The notes below the pieces were generated by a model. The model was not told the DNA's origin. It worked only from the letters and a program-made list of their open reading frames with translations, and did not search any database. DNA of 64,000 nt, the filler included, from Asterionella formosa (taxonomy: Eukaryota): NCBI GenBank assembly GCA_002256025.1. It is 5 parts of 5 records of this genome, joined end to end, with 100 filler letters (N's around TTAATTAATTAA, not from the genome) between each part and the next. Parts side by side here need not be neighbours in the genome. Positions count along the whole stretch, not along the records: positions 29,198 to 58,292 come from NKIB01001097.1; positions 58,393 to 60,215 come from NKIB01001102.1; positions 60,316 to 62,138 come from NKIB01001103.1; positions 62,239 to 64,000 come from NKIB01001256.1; 1 more part is not named here. One strand, 5' to 3'. This document shows positions 56,422 through 64,000 of the stretch, one piece after another (position 1 is the stretch's first letter; each line of letters opens with the position of its first letter). Position numbers and translations under genes: made by a program.

Positions 56422-58117
56422 GAGCATCTCCACCGCATCGACCAAATACCAAAGCCAATTGCAGTTGAAAATATCAATGCATGTCACTTGTTCAAGAAAT
56501 TTTTTATCAATAGTCGAATTTTTCATCACATCGACCAAATCCCAGAATAGTCAAATCTTGCGCCGAAACTTTTAGCGAATAGAAATAGCACAAGAATGTT
56601 GTTATCTGTGTATCGTTATATTGGTAATCCCGATTACTACCAATAAGAAAATGATGGGACGCACTGCGTGGTTTGTGGTAGCATACCAGGGTACTCATCC
56701 ATATGTATCTGCCTGATGAAATGAGCAACGATAGCGACTCATCAGATGACGACCGCTCCTACACTTCCGTACATACCGATTATACATATTCAGGAAGAAA
56801 ACAAGAAAAGGCAACCGAAGGAGGAGGCGGAGGATCAAAGGAAGTCTCTTGGCTAGTCTGTAACTGTAGTTTTTTGAATATTAGTAGCATCACATTTCCT
56901 GCAAATTCCTTACTCTTACGCAGCAAGTACTACGCCTATCTAAACAGCCCATCCAAAACTAATATGACTATGCATTCGTATATTGATATTCTAGAATAGA
57001 AAAACCCTTCCATTTTTACAATTAGCTAGAGTGATAGCTTTCTAATCAATCATACTAGCATTGACATGTAATCTATATTATTTTTCCTTTATTTGGAATC
57101 ATCTATTGCATCAAAATCATCAGTGGTGAATGACAGGTGGGACAGTGGAGTACTGGAAGCACTTGAATTATTGAGATGCAATTGGATCACACCTAATCCC
57201 TCCTTCACTTTGTTCCATTAAACAACATTGCCTATATTAGCGTGAAGCCCTTCGTTAAATGGCGCAACTCCCTTGGATACTTTTTAAAATTCTTCAGCTG
57301 ATAAATCGACCATCAACACTGTAAACTGTTACACAAAATACCCATGGCATAACTTCACATAATGCTGAGCAAACTTGAGCATCATGTTTATCTGCAGGCA
57401 AGGGAAGGAGGTATCGATACTAGCAAGCAGGGACATGCAGCAGTCTGCCAATGATGGCACATCACGGTACACAAGGAGCAATGCTGCCTTGACAAAACTC
57501 GCACATCGCTATCGATTTTCGCTCTTGACAGCGCCAACATAATCCAACTTTGGTCTTGTTGCTCTGAAACTGATGATGACAAATCATCCTTGTTGGCTAC
57601 TGCTCCTGCTGATCCTGCTGCTGCTCCTACTCATATAGCATACTGCTTTGACACCAATGGATGAAGATATCATATTGGGACTGTCAAAGACTTGAAGGAC
57701 AACATTCAGCAAGGTATCATATTTTATGCATGAGATTGTTTTATAGATAGCTGCCAGTATTATTCAAATTTTTTTTACTTTAGTTTATTAATTGTCAACA
57801 TCAAGAGATTAAGGTAAATGTGTATTGTAAGCCTTTGTGGATCAATTCAACATTCAATGTAATGTTGCCAGCACAAGCCATAATCTAGACCAATAGAAAT
57901 TCTTCCTTTGTTTGGCTATGTTCAGAGTCTAATCGACCAAATACCTGATATTTGGTCAATAAGGGGGTCATACTCAATCAAGACCAAAGCATTTTTGGTC
58001 TTGGTCAATGCAGTGGCTAAAATATTTTTGTTGTTTCGACCAAGACAACACATCATGACGTGTAATGACTCCCAACTGCAATTGGCTTGGTATTTGGTCA
58101 ATGCGGTGGAGATGCTC
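56422..58117. mobile_element. Non-autonomous PIF/Harbinger-like DNA transposon (1696 bp) with TAA target-site duplication
   Basis: Left end TAA|GAGCATCTCCACCGCATCGACCAAATACC and right end GGTATTTGGTCAATGCGGTGGAGATGCTC|TAA. The inverted match extends about 45 bp. Confidence 0.85.
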
Positions 58118-58292
58118 TAAGTATTGGGTCAACGGAGCAACTACCGTATACTTCATTGTCCTGGACCCCCCCTATGGTTGCTGGACCCCCCTGTACATTT
58201 TTCTCGAGGTGGAACCAAACACCCAATAATTTTCTTGTCATAGACAAAGTAACGTGCCATAATTCTTTTTGTCCTCGTAGGCACTAGTATGT

Positions 58293-58392
58293 NNNNNNNN
58301 NNNNNNNNNNNNNNNNNNNNNNNNNNNNNNNNNNNNTTAATTAATTAANNNNNNNNNNNNNNNNNNNNNNNNNNNNNNNNNNNNNNNNNNNN
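58293..58392. other. Artificial contig-joining spacer
   Basis: N44-TTAATTAATTAA-N44. Confidence 0.95.
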
Positions 58393-58741
58393 TGGATCTC
58401 GAGAAATATCGCGACATGATTCGTGAGGATGCAAGCAACAACCAACCCTAATGAGGACAAAACAGGTACGGAACGAAACATTTAATATTGAATTTGAAAT
58501 GCTAAACTAAATATCTATTTGAATTAGTGTGTGTTATCGACTGCAAATCTTCGGAGTGCTATTGGGCATGAATTGATGGAGAAAATCGAAGCGATGTGGT
58601 TGTCGGCAAGTGGGTGCATGAAGCATATCAACAATCATCCTTACTACCATCGATATTGTCAGCATCCAATATGAATTCTCTTATTCTTTTACATAAACTA
58701 TATTTCGTATGAATTCTGAAGATACAAAATATATGGATAAC

Positions 58742-59040
58742 ATACCTGGTGTATTGTGAATATGACTGGAATGGCATCGTGATGCTGAGTGTGTTGACCT
58801 CAGGTAATGAATAGTAGGTATGGTACCTGGGACCAGGTACCGGTATACAAGGCCTACTCAGGGCTGCTATGATACATACTACCAGGGCTAGTACCAGGGG
58901 AGTACCTGTTACCTGTTACCTGGTACCTGGTACCAGGTACCTTGTACCTTGGTTCTTTTGACGTTGCACTCAGACATACTAACAAATAGCTATACTGTAT
59001 GGTACCACCAGGTACTACTGGCTGGTAGGTACCAGGTCAT
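58742..59040. repeat. GGTACC/TACCWGGTA microrepeat cluster
   Basis: ttacctggtacctggtaccaggtaccttgtacc and ggtacctgggaccaggtaccggta. Confidence 0.8.
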
Positions 59041-59621
59041 CGTTACAAGTGTGAGACTCTAGGTTTGCCCTGCCAGTATTTCCGTCTTTCCCTTCTTGTT
59101 AAAATAGGAATTATTTCGTTCGTACTGAGAAACTGTACTCATTTCTACGTGCATACTGTGGAACTGTAGGTTTGCACTACCAGCATTGCTTCCAGTATTC
59201 CCCTTTTTACAATAGAATATGGCGTTCGTACTGTGAATATATTAAGAATAACCACTGGCTGTGTCCTCTCCTTCTTGTCATACCGATATTTGTTTAAGGT
59301 CACACTTTGTTAATATCTGCATATGATGCTCCATACATGCGCCGTACGAACCATACCGGCGCAGCCACCAGATTAGGTACATGCGTGAGTGCTAACAACG
59401 ATGTACTTGGAACAGCAATAGAATAGTCATAATATTGTAGTTCACCTTTATTCACGATAAGGTTCCCCTCAACAGAACTACAATACCTGTTCTTTCTCTC
59501 TTGTCCGCACCTGCGAAGTTGCGGCTCTTGTCGACAGTGCAAACCAGCACTGGTCTCAACAATCAACCGTCCAGCACCGCTTGCCCGTTCGCTGTCCCTG
59601 TCTCTCAGGCCTTCTTCCACC

Positions 59622-60215
59622 ATGATGACTCCAATCGTTTCCGCTGTTTTCCCATTCCCTCATCCGCTCTTGACGCCGATCGAGGGCAAACCTACAGCCT
59701 TCACTGTAACCCGCCTTCGCAAGGAACTCTTTGCCAACGCTCGCTCTGTCCACTGTACCAGTGGTGGTGGTGCCAATGGTTTCCTTGGTATTGTCATGGC
59801 TGCTGCTCCTTATCTTTTATGTGCCGGTGAACCCTTTGTACCGCCCGAACATCCCGGCATCCAGCCGCCACACAGTGCTACTGCAACACAGTCCCAAATC
59901 ACTGCTGCCAACCGTCTCTTCGACACCTACCTTGACGCATTCCGCCGTTACTCCCAAATCCGTGAAATTCTCCGACAACAAATTCTAACAGCCATTGACC
60001 CAACCTACTACAACGTTCTGGAAGATGCTACATTTGGATATGCAGACATCACTGTTCTGACCTTACTTGCTCACTTAGAATCTACATATGCAACATTGAG
60101 TGCGGATGATTTGGAACTCAATCGCATGCGCTTGGCCGATGCTTGGACACCAGAGGAACCTATTGAGCATTTATGGATCCGCATCAAACATCTTCGTGCC
60201 ATTGCTGATGCTGGT
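59622..60215 (+). mobile_element. Gag-like ORF of a diatom copia-type LTR retrotransposon, truncated by the spacer; possible LTR/leader at ~59041-59620
   Basis: FPHPLLTPIEGKPT..LRKELFANARSV..GGGANGFLGIVM..Y, LRQQILTAIDPTY..FGYADIT and WTPEEPIEHLW; no stops. Confidence 0.7.
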
Positions 60216-60315
60216 NNNNNNNNNNNNNNNNNNNNNNNNNNNNNNNNNNNNNNNNNNNNTTAATTAATTAANNNNNNNNNNNNNNNNNNNNNNNNNNNNN
60301 NNNNNNNNNNNNNNN
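60216..60315. other. Artificial contig-joining spacer
   Basis: N44-TTAATTAATTAA-N44. Confidence 0.95.
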
Positions 60316-60316
60316 A

Positions 60317-60742
60317 GCCTCGTTGGAGAGATTTGTCGCCATGACAGTAATGTTCCACGAGCTTGGTACCAATGTTCAGAAATTCTTCCCCGCGATTTCC
60401 CTTGGATATCTAGGTTACAGTACAGATCGAACTCATAGCATGATGCGGATAGCAACCACAGCTTCTCCAGTATCTGGAGCTGATGTTCGCGAGCGCATCG
60501 CAACAATGAAGGCTACCCAAGTCATTCTTCAATCTGTACGTACTATCTCGAATGCATGGTTCAACTACTGGAGACGCGAAGCCAAGCGTCTGCTGAAGCA
60601 AAATTCTATGGGGCTACTGGTAGATATTTCCGATGAAAGGTTCCACGTTTTTAACGGATGCGCGTCAGGCAGCAGCGACGAATTTGTCAAGCTCAGATTT
60701 GATTCAGACTGTGAGAGTACCGAGAGTGAAATCTACTTCTGA
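60317..60742 (+). CDS. 3' end of a hypothetical protein gene, 5'-truncated at the contig start
   Basis: Frame open from the contig edge: ASLERFVAMTVMFHELG..DRTHSMMRIATTASPVSG..; gene-like composition. Confidence 0.6.
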   Translation, partial: ASLERFVAMTVMFHELGTNVQKFFPAISLGYLGYSTDRTHSMMRIATTASPVSGADVRERIATMKATQVILQSVRTISNAWFNYWRREAKRLLKQNSMGLLVDISDERFHVFNGCASGSSDEFVKLRFDSDCESTESEIYF

Positions 60743-61149
60743 ATGGTGATTCGCTACATGGGCATAATCTGTCACAGTTGCGGGTTTTTGGAACCCAAAA
60801 AGGCTTTGATAAGGAGGAATCCCTCCATGCATATATTTATCGATTGTGCTTCTGTAAAATGTGAAGATCTCATCTAGAATGCGAACGAATGAGGAGGCTA
60901 TTGACGTATACAAAGAGAATGAAGCGATGATGAAAGAAGGAAAGAATCAAAATAAAATAAAGAAAGTGTTATCAACGTTTCAATATCTAGTTCCGAGGAA
61001 AATTGGGAAGAAGAATTCCAGGGTGGCCTGTCAGAATATCAACCGGTCTGACCTGTGTACATGTATATTTATTTAATATAGTAGAATGAAAGAATATTAC
61101 ATCCAATGTCTTGTTGTTCTCCATCTTGTAATTCAATGGTGAAGTTTCT

Positions 61150-61660
61150 GGAGTCTAGTTTGGGTTAGCAATTATTTCGGCATCATCAATCTATATACAA
61201 GCCTGCGCCACTTGACGTCAATATAGCTACCTCGACTTCATCAATGAAGAAAGTATGATGGGCGGAGCATGTGAGAAAAAACCGGGGTTGAGGTGAGCTG
61301 TTGTCTTGATGCCAACGTGCTTGGCTGAATTTGCAGGTGAAGGCATTGAGTAGCCTGGGTCTGTGTGGCCAAAGGTTAAAGAAAAAACTATGACAAGATT
61401 GGCTAGACAGTGCTGTTTAGGAGCAAAAGTTATCATAGCTGAATGCATTTGGAAATTTGTATGGACAATATACTATGATGGCATGCCATGGCTGCTTTGG
61501 GCTGACAGTTGCCAAGTCAATGTACAAACACAACAAGGCTGCACAAAAGATGGTCCCATTTTACTTGACTGGCTGATACATAGTTTTGAGACTCACCATT
61601 CTGCAATGGGTTGGACTTTGATCATTGCTTTGTTCGAAGCACAATCAATTTCTTGAATGT
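61150..61660 (+). pseudogene. Degraded DDE-type transposase fragment
   Basis: LDFINEESMM..PTCLAEFAGEGIE(*/frameshift)AW..AK and SFETHHSA resemble the PKxHxELAGEGIEYxW..K / FKTHR pattern I recall from algal transposases. Confidence 0.45.
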
Positions 61661-61829
61661 TGTCCAGTGAAGCAATGAAAACAATTTTGGCGAAAAAGCG
61701 CAGAACAGATCAAGAGATTTCATAGGAATTGAAATAATGGGGCATATATGATGCACTGCTCCTTGTGTATATTTGATCATTTCCATATTTCACATACAGT
61801 TGCATGGATGACTCCTCCCTTTCATAATA

Positions 61830-61991
61830 TGATTATTTTGGCAGATATAGCAAAATGTTTTGATTTGGCAGGTAAAGTAACCTTTACTCAAATCCTTTGG
61901 GTCATGGGGTCATTTCCTGATTTGACTACCAGGTAAGGTTTAATTCATCTGCCAAATCAAAGACATTGTGATATATCTGCCAAAGTGATCA
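61830..61991. mobile_element. Fold-back (MITE-like) element, copy 2
   Basis: tgattattttggcagatatagcaaaatgttttgatttggcag ... ctgccaaatcaaagacattgtgatatatctgccaaagtgatca. Confidence 0.7.
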
Positions 61992-62138
61992 AAACAACCA
62001 ATATTATTTAATACTTTTACTGTGATCTCAGCATATTTTTGTTACAGATGAATGATCATGATGAACCAGCCAGTTTAAAGTCGTTTCAATTTAGAAAGTT
62101 GCTGCCATGATCATCACATCGTCATTTATTCTTCCAGT

Positions 62139-62238
62139 NNNNNNNNNNNNNNNNNNNNNNNNNNNNNNNNNNNNNNNNNNNNTTAATTAATTAANNNNNN
62201 NNNNNNNNNNNNNNNNNNNNNNNNNNNNNNNNNNNNNN
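62139..62238. other. Artificial contig-joining spacer
   Basis: N44-TTAATTAATTAA-N44. Confidence 0.95.
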
Positions 62239-64000
62239 TACGATGAGTCCAACTTCTTCATTTCTCGTTCCAACTTTGCCTGTTGCTTCAAAACATTTCT
62301 CTTTTCTAGGTCAGAAATTTCATCACTCCTTGAGGTAGATTTTCCTTTTTCAGTGTCTGCGGTTAAGTTATCCTTGTCGTCATCATCTTCCTTGTTGTCT
62401 GAACCTTCTGGTAGTAAATCTTCATTGTAGAAATCATCATCTAATCCATCATTATTGACTTCAGCTTCTGGTTGAACTGTTACTTTCTCTTTAGCATTGT
62501 CCTTGTAGATTTTTCCTAGTCCGTCCGTAGGTGCATTTGTTCCATGCCACTCACTCCACTTAACATCGCGTGTATTGATTACAGTGTTAGTCTCATGATT
62601 ATACATACGATACGTATCTTGGGAGTGGTCCTCCGAATAACCCAAAAAGACACACTTGAAAGAACGTGCGTCTAATTTCTTAATGCCGTGTCTTGCAGTA
62701 ACCCATCCTACGCGCCCAAATTGCTTGTATAACTTGTAGGGCCTTCTTGGATTCATTTCGCCGTAGAACATGTCGTCGGGACTTCTTTTAGTTACTGAGT
62801 TAACTGTACTATTTGTTAAACGTGTAGCTGTATGTACCGCCTCTGCCCATAATAGCCCTTGGTACTCATCTGTTAGTTTTGCACTTAGCATCATTGCTAG
62901 TGCCCTCTGTCGCACAATGACAAAACCGCGTTCCACTACACCATTGTGTTGTGGAGTGTGCGGGGCAGTAAATTCCATTTTTATGCCGCGATTTTCACAT
63001 ACCTTTCTCAATTGTTTAGTATTCTCGCCTGCGTCATCGCAACGGACATACTTTGTCTTGTGACCGGCTCCGGCTAAACTTGATAGTAAAATTTCAATGA
63101 CTGTTCCGATATCGCTCTTCTTTTTAATGAAATAGCTCCAGCGCTTTCTTGTGTAGTCGTCCACTGCCATGACCCAGTACTGATTGCCAACAGCGGATTT
63201 CGCGTAGGGTCCGCTGATGTCCACAAACAGTCTCTCTCCAGGAACCGTCGATTTTTCTTGCGTTGTTTTCGGGACGGCTCGTGCTTTAGCTTTCGCTGCC
63301 GCACAGCCTGCGCACACTGTCATGATGCCACTCAACTTCCATCCAAATAATTTCGCCGTATCGTGCAAACATTTCTCGCCCACATGACCAAGCATCGCAT
63401 GCGCTTCATTGATATCGACAATCACATAATTATTTTTAAACTCACCATTTTGATCATTCCATTTGTTCTTTCCTTTGTTCGTTTTCTTTGCTTCAACTTT
63501 CGTCCAATCGTTTTCGTTGTAGTCGTCGATCGATTGTTGTGTCACGTTCTCTTGTAGTTGATCGACTTCCATCACCGTTTGCTTGATGATCGGATTACCT
63601 TCGACATGATACATTGCTCCGAGCTTTCGAGTTTTATCTCTTTTGCAGGTTAGAAAACCGCTCTTGTTTCGTATCGTCATCCTATCGTCCTCAAAGATCA
63701 CTTGATTACCCTTGTCGATCATTCTAGAGACACTGATGATGTTCTGCTTGAACTCCGGTGCATAAAGCACATCGGTGAGTTTCAAGCGTTTTCCTTCGTC
63801 CGTAGTCGTCAGGGTCACGGTACCAGAGACAGTTGATACTATCTCAGTTCCATTTCCTACCACGACCGTTTCACTCACTTGTTTCTTGTCTTCCATCATG
63901 CGCACGTCCGTGCAGATGTGAACAGTAGCACCGCTGTCTAACAACCAGCGATTTCTGACGTCACGAGCGAGGTTGACTTCCTCGTTGTAACTAATTTCGA
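62239..64000 (-). mobile_element. Ty1/copia pol with an uninterrupted frame: protease, GAG-pre-integrase, integrase and SH3-like region; truncated at both ends
   Basis: WLLDSGATVH; HAMLGH..CAGC (HHCC); FVDISG, RCDDAGE and PQHNGVVER (DDE); KLDARSFKCVFLGYS. Confidence 0.95.

Noticed and set aside
58393..58675. 3' gene fragment with a GTACGG..TAG intron
   Set aside because: All upstream frames contain stops, so a CDS cannot be supported.
59622..64000. gag and pol as parts of one element
   Set aside because: They are on different contigs, on opposite strands and separated by two artificial spacers.

Overview
Eukaryotic nuclear DNA, very probably from a diatom. Evidence: ASAFAP-type plastid presequences, diatom-type Ty1/copia relics and short GT-AG introns. 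The window is not contiguous: four 100-nt spacers (N44-TTAATTAATTAA-N44) join five separate pieces, and there is one ordinary ~500-N gap. It holds about 20 protein genes, including an S49 peptidase, GH2 beta-mannosidase, a Cys-less LOV/PAS protein, a sterol-desaturase-family enzyme, a membrane kinase, a tandem SET-like protein, proteasome beta1, mL46, STAG/Scc3, a UBL-WLM protease, an NSUN methyltransferase, a PPR protein, a prolyl 4-hydroxylase and a Tic110-like protein. It also holds two intron-containing tRNA-Tyr genes, four copia fragments, a PIF/Harbinger-like element with TIRs and TSD, fold-back elements and two minisatellites. The most striking unexplained signal is clusters of an orientation-flipping GGTACC/TACCWGGTA palindromic microrepeat found just upstream of most genes. 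All intron models and family calls were made by eye, without database searches.
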